Shown here: positions 1 to 9,713 of the stretch, one piece after another | Layout of the letters: every line of letters begins with the position of its first letter | Numbering within the stretch: the first letter of the stretch is position 1 | Origin: an uncultured Candidatus Poseidoniales archaeon | GTDB lineage: Archaea; Thermoplasmatota; Poseidoniia; Poseidoniales; Poseidoniaceae | Direction: 5' to 3' | NCBI GenBank assembly: GCA_902563095.1 | Contig: CACEWA010000005.1 | Span: forward strand, 9,911 to 73,910 | DNA: 64,000 bases | Made by a program: the position numbers and the translations under genes | The notes under the pieces: generated by a model | The model's database searches: none | What the model was told of the DNA's origin: nothing | Seen by the model: only the letters and a program-made list of their open reading frames with translations

Positions 1-3000
1 AAATCTGTAGTTTCGGCATCGGCTACTAACTCGAATACGTGGATTACATTGGTTGACAGAATAACAGAGTCTGCAACTCTTGGGTATCCTTCCAAGTGTG
101 CCTTGACCGTTACTGCTGGTCCTAGTCCTGCATTTGCATTATACGGTGCACAAACGGCTACGCCGACAGTATATGTCGTGCCGATTGGCCATAACCTCGG
201 ACTATGTGGATCTGAAGGATCTCTTGGGCCCGGGGCATTGGAGAAGTCCAATGTAACCGTCCAGTGATCTTGCCTCCATGTATTCATGTCAACTTCATCA
301 GGCTTAGCTTCAGGAGCGCCCGGGGTTGAAAATACGAGGTATCCTGCTTCGTAATTCTTGATTATGTTCAAGTCGTACTCTGCGCATGTTCCTGGCAGGA
401 TAATTTCACTTGTATCATATATCTCGAATACGATATTTCCAATCGAACGAATTGAAACATTTATCCATAATTCAAGGACGTCAAAGGTTCCCTTTTCTAG
501 CGATTTAATCGGTTCGCCTTCAGACCAACCTTTCACATAAACAACGAATGTTCCTGGGTCTTGGCTAGTAGGTACTGAAATTTCCAAATTCTTGGTCACA
601 GACTGCCCTGGGTCCAAAGCAACTTGCATTGGGAATGCCACTTGCCATCCGAACGGTAACAGCCATTCTTGTTGGCCTTCGAGGCTATTCGGGTCATAGA
701 AGGCAAATGTATCTTGTACGTTTCCAGTATTGGTAATTGTAATCGAAAAGATTGCTGTTTGTCCTTGCTCTACGTCTGCCATGCGGTGACTTGTATCCAA
801 GTCGATTCCATGAACTACATCCATCAGAGTTAATGTAAGACGTTCCGACCTAATTGCTGGGTCTTTCATTGAAATCGCGGTGACCATGATTTCGGCTACC
901 TGGTCTTCCTGTGCTTGATAAATCGATGGTGCTCTTACACGCAGGTACATACGAGACATTTCTCCGCCTTCGAGGAAGATTGGAGTGTCTGGGAAAATCG
1001 CTGTATGGTTGTTAGAGAAGTATAGATTTGCAGTCCAATTCTCCGGCATTCCTGATAGGTTCAGGTTGTAAGTATCTGCAACTAGATCCTTTGGCCCCGG
1101 AGTTGTATTGTTGATTGTCAGATTGTAGAGCGTCTGCTCTCCCGGCTCAATAACGTGATAGTAAGTCTCGCCTTCATCAAATTCAACATCGACTTGCCCT
1201 GTTAGTACGTGTGAATAACAGATTGTCCATGGTCCACCATTGCTCTCGCTTGAACACTTATTGGTATCAGACCAAGCAATATGCGCTCCGCTACCGAGAT
1301 CGTTTGCAAATGCAGGCGGCTGGCCTAGCGATGGTTTCGATAACTGATTTGGTCCAAGTTTGAACGATGACCAAGATGTTACTGCTGTCGAATTCCAAGG
1401 GTCTAGCGCTGTCTCGCCGGGTCCTGTATTCTCTGTAGAATTCAAGCGAGTGTAGCGAATTTCTTCTCCAGCGCTAGCATTTCCAAAGTCTAACCAAGCG
1501 ATGTGAATATTGTTTTGCGGGTCGGTCAGAATTGCAGGGTAAGCTGAATTTTGACTGCTGCCCTGTGGCATTTGTTGCCATCCCTCAACTTCAGAAATCG
1601 GGGTGTCTTCGATTCTCTTGATTGCATAAGTTGACAATCCGTTTGGAACGCCATCCCATTCTCCAGCACCTTGTAGCCTCAACTTGGTGTAGTAGATTTC
1701 GTATGGTACGTTCTTTTCGAATCCATAGTCACGTCCGTCCATCCAAGCAATGTGTGTATTGCCTTGCATATCAACGCCGATTGAAGGGTGGAAAGAGAAT
1801 GCGTCATCAATGGTTACTCTTGTGTCGTTTACTACGACTAAGTGGCCCTCACTTCCTCGTCCCATGTCTTCCGCATACCCGTTACCTAGGGTGGCGTGAC
1901 CTGGGTTTCCAGGAACCCATGATTGATCGTTTTCCATCTTTCCATATGGATCTAATACAGTCATGAAGATTTCACGAGAATTGTTTGTTGAGATGTAAAC
2001 CATTGCTTCTACAAGAAGTTGCATTTGGCTTGCACCGCCGGTTCCGGATGGGAATTCGTAGGTTTGTCCACCAGCATCAGTAGAACGTACTGAATTTCCT
2101 GGGCAGTTGCGTGTAGCGGTTGATACTACTCCATTTGGACACTGAGCCAAATCGCGCATGTGGGATTCAATGTTGTTAGCACCGCCATAGGATTGTCCGT
2201 ACAATCCTACAGGCACTACACCAGCATTTACACAATTGTCGTGTGCTTCGTTAATCGAAGTTGTATCGTCTGCTTGTTGAGATGGGTCTCCGTCCTTTGG
2301 TCCTTCATCAGACACTGGTAGAACGATCTTTGTTGCGTTCGGGTTCCAGCGGTGGTCGGAAGATGTTGGAGGGTTGCCTGGAACATTTCCAACTGTGTCT
2401 TTCCAAGATAGGCAAGCCCAGTTAGAACCTGGGCCCCAGTCTTCACCAGAGTATCCGGAATAGGTTGCACCGTTGTATACAGTTCCCGGTAGAGTTCTCA
2501 ATCCACCAGAGTCATCGTTGGCAATTAATCCAAGTGGTGTATTTCGCGGACCAGAATTCTTGTTGTGCTGAGCACAGTTGCCAGAACTTGCAGCGCCCGG
2601 CAAAGTGTTTCCTAATCCATAGATTGTTTCGTAAACTGTCATGTTTCCTTCTTCTAGCATTGGCTTAATTCCCTTGAAGAACCCACCAGATGCGAAATTT
2701 CCACCGTAAATTACTGTGCACACATCAGCCCACTCAGAATACATAGAACCTGATGTATCTACAACGAATACCAGTTCTACCTTTCCTCCACGGGTGTCGT
2801 CCCAAGCGATTTGAACGTAGTCATTAGCATCGACTACGATGTCTGGGTGCCCCTTGTGTCCAATGATTGGAGTTAGTAGAGTGTCGTCGAATAGGATGAT
2901 TGCGTTTTGGACACTGTAATCTGGTTGTAGCATCTTGTAGTAAATCTGTGGCTGCTGGAAGAACATGTCTAGAGAATCATAATTGTCTTGCCAAACGATG

Positions 3001-3527
3001 TGTATGTTTCCTTTAGAATCGACATCGATTGCTGGCCAGTCACGGTTATTGATGTGCTGTGCAACGATATAATCGTCGATTGCTGTGATTGTTCCGTCGT
3101 CAGAAACCGTGCCATCCATTGCGGTATTGAATGGATGTAATGCCGTATACATGATCTTGTGCTGTCCTGAATGATCAGCCCACACGATGTGAACACGGTC
3201 TTCGTCATCGATTACCATATCTGGATGGTATATCTTGTGAAGGCCGGCTCCAGTGACTTGTGTGGCATCAATCAATGTGTCTCCGCGTGGTGAAATCATT
3301 GAGTAATACAAGTGCTGATTGGACCGACTCCAGACAACGTGAACGTTGCCTTCAGAGTCTGATGCAACCGCTGACATGCGGTCGGATGAGCCTCCGCCAT
3401 CCACGACTTGAATCGCTTCAGTAATCACAACTTGCGTTGCTGCAGCGGGAGCTGCCATCATAATTCCAGATAGTGTTGAAAGCAGCATTATTGCTGCAAG
3501 GCTGATTGACTTCATTTTTTGTCCCAT
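1..3527 (-). CDS. Large secreted surface protein, partial (C-terminus lies beyond the window start). It has an N-terminal signal peptide, a VWA domain, repeated beta-propeller-like modules, and C-terminal Ig/adhesin-like regions.
   Basis: Uninterrupted minus-strand reading frame from the window edge to the ATG at 3525-3527; an alternative ATG lies at 3515. It is absent from the ORF track because no stop falls inside the window. The N-terminus MGQKMKSISLAAIMLLSTLSGIMMAAPAAA looks like a signal peptide. The motif ELVFVVDTSGSMYSEW is a classic VWA MIDAS (DxSxS) site. A module of the form (V/I)HI(V/A)W.D...(I/L)YY is repeated at least 8 times. Total length is over 1170 aa. Confidence 0.7.
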   Translation of the reverse strand, partial: MGQKMKSISLAAIMLLSTLSGIMMAAPAAATQVVITEAIQVVDGGGSSDRMSAVASDSEGNVHVVWSRSNQHLYYSMISPRGDTLIDATQVTGAGLHKIYHPDMVIDDEDRVHIVWADHSGQHKIMYTALHPFNTAMDGTVSDDGTITAIDDYIVAQHINNRDWPAIDVDSKGNIHIVWQDNYDSLDMFFQQPQIYYKMLQPDYSVQNAIILFDDTLLTPIIGHKGHPDIVVDANDYVQIAWDDTRGGKVELVFVVDTSGSMYSEWADVCTVIYGGNFASGGFFKGIKPMLEEGNMTVYETIYGLGNTLPGAASSGNCAQHNKNSGPRNTPLGLIANDDSGGLRTLPGTVYNGATYSGYSGEDWGPGSNWACLSWKDTVGNVPGNPPTSSDHRWNPNATKIVLPVSDEGPKDGDPSQQADDTTSINEAHDNCVNAGVVPVGLYGQSYGGANNIESHMRDLAQCPNGVVSTATRNCPGNSVRSTDAGGQTYEFPSGTGGASQMQLLVEAMVYISTNNSREIFMTVLDPYGKMENDQSWVPGNPGHATLGNGYAEDMGRGSEGHLVVVNDTRVTIDDAFSFHPSIGVDMQGNTHIAWMDGRDYGFEKNVPYEIYYTKLRLQGAGEWDGVPNGLSTYAIKRIEDTPISEVEGWQQMPQGSSQNSAYPAILTDPQNNIHIAWLDFGNASAGEEIRYTRLNSTENTGPGETALDPWNSTAVTSWSSFKLGPNQLSKPSLGQPPAFANDLGSGAHIAWSDTNKCSSESNGGPWTICYSHVLTGQVDVEFDEGETYYHVIEPGEQTLYNLTINNTTPGPKDLVADTYNLNLSGMPENWTANLYFSNNHTAIFPDTPIFLEGGEMSRMYLRVRAPSIYQAQEDQVAEIMVTAISMKDPAIRSERLTLTLMDVVHGIDLDTSHRMADVEQGQTAIFSITITNTGNVQDTFAFYDPNSLEGQQEWLLPFGWQVAFPMQVALDPGQSVTKNLEISVPTSQDPGTFVVYVKGWSEGEPIKSLEKGTFDVLELWINVSIRSIGNIVFEIYDTSEIILPGTCAEYDLNIIKNYEAGYLVFSTPGAPEAKPDEVDMNTWRQDHWTVTLDFSNAPGPRDPSDPHSPRLWPIGTTYTVGVAVCAPYNANAGLGPAVTVKAHLEGYPRVADSVILSTNVIHVFELVADAETTD

Positions 3528-3622
3528 GCGGAAACCTTCCTAAAGATAATTTTTGGTATCACTACTGGTACTTAACCGCGCCCCTCTCAGGTCATACGCC
3601 ATAGGTTTGCAATAGGCGTTGT

Positions 3623-4279
3623 TCAAAGCCAATCTGTAGGGTCGAAATCATCGCCAAATGACATGGATTCGTCTGCTTGGATTTCGGTGGGGTGAGGTGG
3701 AGAAGGCCTCCCTACTCTTTGTTTGGAATCTTTCTTGTTTTTCCAATCATCAACAGGGCCTGGCTTGCCCGAGCCTGCTCCGAATGTGTATTTGATCTCA
3801 TGAATTACTCCCAATTTTGCTAGCCATAAACTACGTAGGTTTTGCATCATTTCATTCTTGGTTAATCCGTCGAACCAAAGCGGTTCACTAACATTGAATG
3901 CCTGTAAAGGTCCTTTCCTTTCTTTTCCAGAATGGCCTAGGTGGATCCCCCAGTCAACTCCTGATGCGATTAATTGCATCCTGCATTCATGCATCCAAGT
4001 TTTCCACTCTTCTTCATCGGTTTTCATCAGGCCTTTCATCGACTCTTGCTGCCCTTCGTCGACCCTTGTCATAGATGAAATTGCAAGTAAATCTCTGCCT
4101 TTTGGTATAACGACTGCAAACATATGGCCGTTCTTTCCTTGAGGGTATTTGACAAGTAAATGCATCAGCGCCCTGGGGTCTTCTTGCTCCCGAATTTCGA
4201 TCCTCTCGCTAGTCAGCCATGAGCGGACCAACCTCTCTGCTTCTTCGGGCGACATATTCATTCCGAAACACTCCACCAA
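3623..4279 (-). CDS. hypothetical protein (218 aa)
   Basis: ORF with coding-like composition, last gene of a co-directional run (FAD protein, HIT, acyltransferase, this ORF). I recognise no motif. Confidence 0.45.
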   Translation of the reverse strand: MVECFGMNMSPEEAERLVRSWLTSERIEIREQEDPRALMHLLVKYPQGKNGHMFAVVIPKGRDLLAISSMTRVDEGQQESMKGLMKTDEEEWKTWMHECRMQLIASGVDWGIHLGHSGKERKGPLQAFNVSEPLWFDGLTKNEMMQNLRSLWLAKLGVIHEIKYTFGAGSGKPGPVDDWKNKKDSKQRVGRPSPPHPTEIQADESMSFGDDFDPTDWL

Positions 4280-4289
4280 CTTGAACCGT

Positions 4290-5828
4290 TCACTTTAGTA
4301 AGTCACGCAATTTTACAAGATCTGCACTTACTGCAGAATTGGTTTTCATTCTGCGTATCCACTTTGAGAAATCGGAAACAGCGTCCCAACCATTGGCAAA
4401 TGAAATCGCTGAAATCCACAACAACACAATTATTGATGTCCAGATTGCAATAATTGCTAGCCCCTCTTGCCATAATTCACTACCGAAAATGCCTACAATA
4501 TCATAGCCAATTTCTGAATTATAAATTACAGCTAAGATTGTGATTATTGTAGTTACTATTGGCCACCACAACATAGAGCCAAACATTCCAAAGAGCATGT
4601 GATAGGATGTTCTTGCATCTAGTCCCTCGTCTGTACGATCGCCCAAAATCCTACCAAGGGCGATTTGCCAACCCATTCCAATAATCAGTGTAGGCAAAAA
4701 CAGTACGAATGGAATGAATTTAATCAAGTCGATAATTGCTCCCGAAGGAGAGAAACTCCTGAGCCCATCGCTATTGGAATTTATGTCTCGGCCATCTAAT
4801 CCAGATGAGTCTAGTTTGTCGCCGATTCTTGTTGCGACTTCTTGGACTTCCTCAGAAGCAGGTTCGTTTTTGAGCCTGCGGATTTCTAACACTTCTTCTC
4901 GCCATGTCAGTTCTGGTTTTTTCTGAATGCGCCTTTGAACATGTGCGATGACTGAATCTCTGTGAACCTCGCTATATGTTTCTCGATTTGGAGTCAATGG
5001 TGCCAGCTTTTCTTGCAGGTGGTCTCTCAAACCAGTTACTATTTCAGCAGGAGGTTCCATCCAATCTCCAGCACCAACGGTTTCAATCAATTCGGAAGTT
5101 AATTCATTATGAGGTAATTCGATTGGATCTCCATATTCTACCCAACAGTCTGTTCTGAAAAGATGTCTAGTTCTGAAGTGCAGACCTATTGGAATCAGAA
5201 CAGGTACCTTGCCTCCATTTGCCTTAGCATGAGCAGCAGCGGCTAATACCGTTCGGAATGGCCCGGTTTTGAGGCGTATCAAATGGCTCTCTGAATGGCT
5301 AGTTCCTTCTGGGAAAAGCGCACAACCAAAACCATGTGAGATCCCGGTCGCCAAATTTAGCAAGGAGCGCCCGTTGAGGTAGCTCGCCTCTTCTTCTGAG
5401 CAGCCTCCACGTAATAACTCGGCTTTGCGAACCACTGGTTGAACTGCAAATTTTCTTGCCCAGAATCCAAGAATTGGTCTAGTAACTAGGTCGTGCCTTC
5501 CCCCCACAACGAATTTTTTTGGATGTGTTAAGAAAATTGCAATTGGGTCGATCAAACCATTTGTGTGCCATGCTGAACACATGCTCCCTCTATCGGTTGG
5601 TATTTTCTCCTCGCCCGATGATTCAAAGGTTCTGAATTGTGAAAACATTGTTCGCCTAAGCATGAAATATCCTAACTCGGTGAAAAAGGGTGAGCCAGGA
5701 TAATCTTTGTCAAATTTAGGCAGGGGAGTGTTTACCAATTTGTCGTATTTCATCCGAGTTGCTGATGCTGAAAGTTCGGGAAGTAAGTCACCATGGCTAT
5801 CTCTTGCCCCATCAAAACCCTTCTTCAT
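4290..5828 (-). CDS. glycerolipid acyltransferase family protein (PlsC/GPAT-like, bacterial type) with C-terminal transmembrane segment
   Basis: FPEGTSHSE matches acyltransferase motif III (FPEGTRS). The upstream H-x5-D (WHTNGLIDP) resembles motif I (HxxxxD). The C-terminal roughly 120 aa are hydrophobic with several predicted TM helices. There is a 4-nt start/stop overlap with the upstream HIT gene. Confidence 0.55.
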   Translation of the reverse strand: MKKGFDGARDSHGDLLPELSASATRMKYDKLVNTPLPKFDKDYPGSPFFTELGYFMLRRTMFSQFRTFESSGEEKIPTDRGSMCSAWHTNGLIDPIAIFLTHPKKFVVGGRHDLVTRPILGFWARKFAVQPVVRKAELLRGGCSEEEASYLNGRSLLNLATGISHGFGCALFPEGTSHSESHLIRLKTGPFRTVLAAAAHAKANGGKVPVLIPIGLHFRTRHLFRTDCWVEYGDPIELPHNELTSELIETVGAGDWMEPPAEIVTGLRDHLQEKLAPLTPNRETYSEVHRDSVIAHVQRRIQKKPELTWREEVLEIRRLKNEPASEEVQEVATRIGDKLDSSGLDGRDINSNSDGLRSFSPSGAIIDLIKFIPFVLFLPTLIIGMGWQIALGRILGDRTDEGLDARTSYHMLFGMFGSMLWWPIVTTIITILAVIYNSEIGYDIVGIFGSELWQEGLAIIAIWTSIIVLLWISAISFANGWDAVSDFSKWIRRMKTNSAVSADLVKLRDLLK

Positions 5829-6307
5829 TCAGATGCCTCCTTTATTGCGCTACAAAGATTCGCAAGAGCAGAAAAATCCGGGGGGTTCGAAGGATTGGCA
5901 TTTGGGAACATCGAAGGTAGAGCTCTGCCGCCATCTCCTTGTTTGCGTGGAATTACATGCACATGCACGTGAGGAATTTCCTGACCAGCCAATGGCCCGT
6001 CGTGGATTACAATTGTGAAATCTGATGTTTGGAAATATGTGGATAAAATCGACTGTGTTTGCTTAACTCCAGAGAATAGTTTCATCAAATCCTCGTCTGA
6101 TAAATCTGCTAATCGCTGAGAGGGGTTTTCTAAAACAACCAAGGTATGTCCTTCTGAACGAGGAAAAACATCGAGGAAAGATGACCATCCTTCGCCTCGA
6201 CAAATAAAGTTGCCAGGGACCTCTCCAAAGAGGATTTTCTCGAAAAGAGTGGTCTCTGCCATGAGCATTCGAAGCGCACGCCCCTCAAAGTTTTGAGGGT
6301 GTTTCAA
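5825..6307 (-). CDS. HIT (histidine triad) family hydrolase
   Basis: The C-terminal GQEIPHVHVHVIPR is the HxHxHxx histidine-triad signature. Size is 160 aa. The start may be the internal Met at MAETTLFEKIL. Confidence 0.75.
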   Translation of the reverse strand: MKHPQNFEGRALRMLMAETTLFEKILFGEVPGNFICRGEGWSSFLDVFPRSEGHTLVVLENPSQRLADLSDEDLMKLFSGVKQTQSILSTYFQTSDFTIVIHDGPLAGQEIPHVHVHVIPRKQGDGGRALPSMFPNANPSNPPDFSALANLCSAIKEASE

Positions 6308-7944
6308 GCATCAGGCGTTAAGACCCAAGTCCCTGAAACGCCTTTACGGATTGCTAGTGTGGAAAGATTTCCTTCTACATCCACTAGAGTGTGGTGTAAT
6401 TGTTCATCGTCTTGTTCAGAGAAATCTGTTCTTTGGTGTGTTCCGCGGCTTTCGGTTCTAGACAGCGCGCTTCTTACCGACGCTATAGCCAATCTGACTC
6501 CAGCCTTCAGGCGTAATGCCTCCAGTAAATTGGTATTGAATAATCTACTAGAATCATCAAGGTGCAACTTTCCTGCTGAATCAGCAAGCGATTCTAGTGA
6601 ATCCAATGCGGATTCTAGTCCTTCTGCTCCTCGAGTGAGTCCCATGCTCGATTGCATAATATCTCCAAGTTTTGCAAATAATGGTCCTGTTCTCTGAACA
6701 GGCCCTTCTTCAGCAGCAGCCATGTCGAAATCGAGATCAGCTTCAGCTGCCCCGAGTGCTGTTTCAAGAGCCGCCCTTCCGGTATGTGAGGCTTTAGCAG
6801 CATGTGCTGCTGCATGTTCTCCCGCTGCTGCTCCTCCTGCCATAGCGTCAAGTAGCCTGTTGCCTGCAATCAATCCTGCACCATGTAATCCTGAGCACGC
6901 AGAGTCTCCTGCTGCATATAATCCAGTAAACCAGCGCGACCAGCGTCCAGTAATGGCGCGGCCATGTTCATCTGTGGCTATTCCACCAATTGTAGTTGCA
7001 ACCCTTGGGTGAATAGAAATTGTTTGCTTTTTCATATCGATGCCCAATCTTTGGCTGACTAATTCGAAAGTTTGTGCCCACCAAACCGATGATTCGCCCA
7101 TATTTCGAGCATCCAATACTGCATCAGAATTAGCCCCAATTGCCTCGGCTAGGGCGGTTGTATCAGAAGTCAAATCTACATCGATTGGAGTTCCGTTAGA
7201 ATGGTGTAATGTAGCGCCATCGGCCAGAAGGCCAATTGGTAAAACGACATTCGTTCCACTAACTGCTAGGGGCGCCCATGCAATGAATTCAAGATCTCTA
7301 GCCGCTAAACCTGCATTCATTGCTAAGTCTAAGCCAAGGCCTACATTGCTGCCAGTCCAGATTCCTTCGTATCCTCCATCTGCAATTATTACTGATTTTG
7401 ATTGAAGAGAATTTAGTGAACCAGTAGACATGTCCAATGCGATTACTCCGTGTACTTGCTCACCAGAATGAACCAGTTGTAGTGGGACTTGCTCTCCTCT
7501 GCGGACGACGCCGTGCTTCATGCACTGTTCTTCGAGTACTTGTTGTGTGTTGCGTATCATCGAATCTCCTGCGCCTGCTAAACGAGGCAAAGAATGCCCT
7601 GATGCTTTACGAACCATTGGAATTCCATCTGCATCTCTGCGGAAAATTACCCCCCAACGCTCCAATAGATCTACCTGGCGAATTGCTTGTGAAACTCTGT
7701 TTGAAACGATATCTTGGTCGCAGAGGAAGCCCCCTGCGCGGATTGTGTCATCTCTGTGTGATTTGGTTGTGCTCTCTTTCAAAGGCGCAGCTATACCGTC
7801 AATGGCTGAATTATTTCCGACGCCGAGACTATCAGCAGACATCATCAAAGTGGATGCTCCTGCCTTTGCTGCGCTTGCTGATGCTCTGAGAGCGGCTGGA
7901 CCGTCTCCGATTACGATGATGTCCCATGCTTCCACGTACTCCAC
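6304..7944 (-). CDS. FAD-dependent oxidoreductase, succinate dehydrogenase/fumarate reductase flavoprotein or L-aspartate oxidase family
   Basis: N-terminal dinucleotide-binding motif WDIIVIGDGPAAL. Length of 546 aa and overall fold signatures match the SdhA/FrdA/NadB family (H..LP..AGAG.., RGTHQRTDF near the C-terminus). Confidence 0.65.
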   Translation of the reverse strand: MEYVEAWDIIVIGDGPAALRASASAAKAGASTLMMSADSLGVGNNSAIDGIAAPLKESTTKSHRDDTIRAGGFLCDQDIVSNRVSQAIRQVDLLERWGVIFRRDADGIPMVRKASGHSLPRLAGAGDSMIRNTQQVLEEQCMKHGVVRRGEQVPLQLVHSGEQVHGVIALDMSTGSLNSLQSKSVIIADGGYEGIWTGSNVGLGLDLAMNAGLAARDLEFIAWAPLAVSGTNVVLPIGLLADGATLHHSNGTPIDVDLTSDTTALAEAIGANSDAVLDARNMGESSVWWAQTFELVSQRLGIDMKKQTISIHPRVATTIGGIATDEHGRAITGRWSRWFTGLYAAGDSACSGLHGAGLIAGNRLLDAMAGGAAAGEHAAAHAAKASHTGRAALETALGAAEADLDFDMAAAEEGPVQRTGPLFAKLGDIMQSSMGLTRGAEGLESALDSLESLADSAGKLHLDDSSRLFNTNLLEALRLKAGVRLAIASVRSALSRTESRGTHQRTDFSEQDDEQLHHTLVDVEGNLSTLAIRKGVSGTWVLTPDA

Positions 7945-7997
7945 CTCCGGTGGAGTGAGCCAAGAGTGGGTATGTCATAAGCAACGCGCCTAAATTA

Positions 7998-9569
7998 TCA
8001 TGATGTAGGGGTTGTAAATTCGACAAGAGGTAGAGGGCTTTCACCCTTTGAGCGTGCCTTCAACATACGCTTCAAACGTTGTCGTGAGAGATTGCTTTCG
8101 CCGACTAGTACGTTTGTTTTGATTATTCTTGAACCTAAAATATTACCATCGTCATCACGAAGAATAACTTGGACATTTCTGCGCCCTCTCACATTTTCAT
8201 TCCATGCAACGCCAATCCACAAAATGACTCCTTTCTCGAGATATTTTGGCATCCAATCTAGTGCGTCTTCGACAAGAGGATCTGTGATTTTTACCGCTCC
8301 TTCGGGACCAGGGCATGAGCGCAACTCGAAACGATGTTCTTGGTTTTCTGGCATACCTCCTGGAACAATTACTTCCACACGCAAATGGCGATCGTGTAGT
8401 GTTTGATTGTTTAACGCGATGAAAAGGTGCCCAGTGCGGTTACTACAACGGTCGGCTAATGCCATATCCATACGCCATGGATTTTGGGTGATAGAAGCGG
8501 TTCCTGCTAGTAAATCGTTCTGTAACCTATCTAGTAAATCAAATACCTCGACTTGCCAAGCCCTTGCATGGGCTATCAACCTCTGAATCTTAACCCAATT
8601 GAATGGCGCTTTATCATCAAATAGTAATTCTTCTATTGCCATGGGCTTGATGAATTCCTTTAATTCACTCATCGTTTCTTCATCGTTCAAATCGCCTCTA
8701 CTATTGAGGTGTAGCAAATAGAGTAGCCTCTCTCTAGCTTGTTTTTTGTCTACACCAGGTAGTAACGATTTGGGTAGTTTACTTTCCCATGTATTCCAAA
8801 GTAAAGAGTGGTCTGGATCAAGATGTGCATAAATTAAATCCCCTAAAATCGTATCTAATTTCATCGGGTGATGGGTTGGAGAATGCATTACTAAATACGG
8901 CAACTCATCGCCCAATTTCCTAATTGAGTCTGTAGTAAAAATAGCATGAAACGAGAGAGCAAGGCTCGATGTTAATGTAATTAGTAAAACTAGATTGTAA
9001 GCCAATCCATTTGGTTCTAACCCCGCTGCAAGAATTAACAATAATATCGATACTGCGGCTAGAATTGCTGCAGTAGCATTATGCAACCGTACATCGTTTA
9101 AACCGGCTTTGATTCTATCCATTCCGGGTTCGGCCATCATATCTCTACGAACGCCTTTTTCGATCGCTTCCTCTTTCCATAAAGAAGAACGTAGCATCAA
9201 AGCAGTCATTCCTCTCTCTGCGGCTATGAATGAAGGCGCAATTGAAATTGCAAGCAAAGGTATCCAAAGTAAAATCATCAATGTTGGTTTAGCAAGTGGG
9301 TGATATGGGGCTACAACCCCTGCAAGTGCAGTTAATGCCATCAATAATCCAACTACTCTTCTAGCCATCAATAGAGATGGGCTGCAGGCTAATCTCCCAT
9401 ATTTGAGTCGGTGCTTCTCAGCTAAGTTGTAATCTGATAATGATATTGAAAGAGAATCCTCGCTACGGTCGAAGTCCTTACTGTAAGGGTTCGGAAGAGT
9501 GGATTCTTTGCCAGGAATCACTTTTTTCAGTGAAGTGTCCTCAGGCATGTTACTAGGCACAATACTCAA
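7998..9569 (-). CDS. hypothetical membrane protein (523 aa); N-terminal TM bundle plus C-terminal soluble domain
   Basis: Several hydrophobic helices between about residues 70 and 210. The C-terminal roughly 300 aa are hydrophilic. I recognise no motif. Confidence 0.45.
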   Translation of the reverse strand: MSIVPSNMPEDTSLKKVIPGKESTLPNPYSKDFDRSEDSLSISLSDYNLAEKHRLKYGRLACSPSLLMARRVVGLLMALTALAGVVAPYHPLAKPTLMILLWIPLLAISIAPSFIAAERGMTALMLRSSLWKEEAIEKGVRRDMMAEPGMDRIKAGLNDVRLHNATAAILAAVSILLLILAAGLEPNGLAYNLVLLITLTSSLALSFHAIFTTDSIRKLGDELPYLVMHSPTHHPMKLDTILGDLIYAHLDPDHSLLWNTWESKLPKSLLPGVDKKQARERLLYLLHLNSRGDLNDEETMSELKEFIKPMAIEELLFDDKAPFNWVKIQRLIAHARAWQVEVFDLLDRLQNDLLAGTASITQNPWRMDMALADRCSNRTGHLFIALNNQTLHDRHLRVEVIVPGGMPENQEHRFELRSCPGPEGAVKITDPLVEDALDWMPKYLEKGVILWIGVAWNENVRGRRNVQVILRDDDGNILGSRIIKTNVLVGESNLSRQRLKRMLKARSKGESPLPLVEFTTPTS

Positions 9570-9637
9570 TGGTATGTCATTTTTGGAGGAAATAATACAG
9601 CGATAGGTTGTTGAAAGGGTTCCTCGCCCCTCGGCAT

Positions 9638-9713
9638 GGACACGTGGCCCAGCTGGATAAGGCGGTGGCCTCCTAAGCCACAGATCGCGGGTTCGAATCC
9701 TGCCGTGTCCGCC
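9638..9713 (+). tRNA. tRNA-Arg (anticodon CCT)
   Basis: Hand-folded cloverleaf. Acceptor stem GGACACG/CGTGTCC. Anticodon stem GTGGC/GCCAC with loop CTCCTAA. T-arm GCGGG-TTCGAAT-CCTGC. Discriminator G followed by genomic CC. Confidence 0.8.

Noticed and set aside
1622-3208. Track ORFs 1622..1966 (+), 2228..2470 (-), 2465..2668 (+), 2969..3208 (-)
   Set aside because: They fall inside the long uninterrupted surface-protein frame (1..3527, minus). They are in other frames or antisense, with no motifs.
6615-7993. Several plus- and minus-strand ORFs (6615..6869, 6722..7012, 7040..7405, 7437..7889, 7520..7993) inside the FAD flavoprotein gene
   Set aside because: They are antisense or alternative-frame ORFs, Ala/Ser/Pro-rich from GC-rich codon third positions. 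The 6304..7944 frame carries the Rossmann and flavoprotein motifs.
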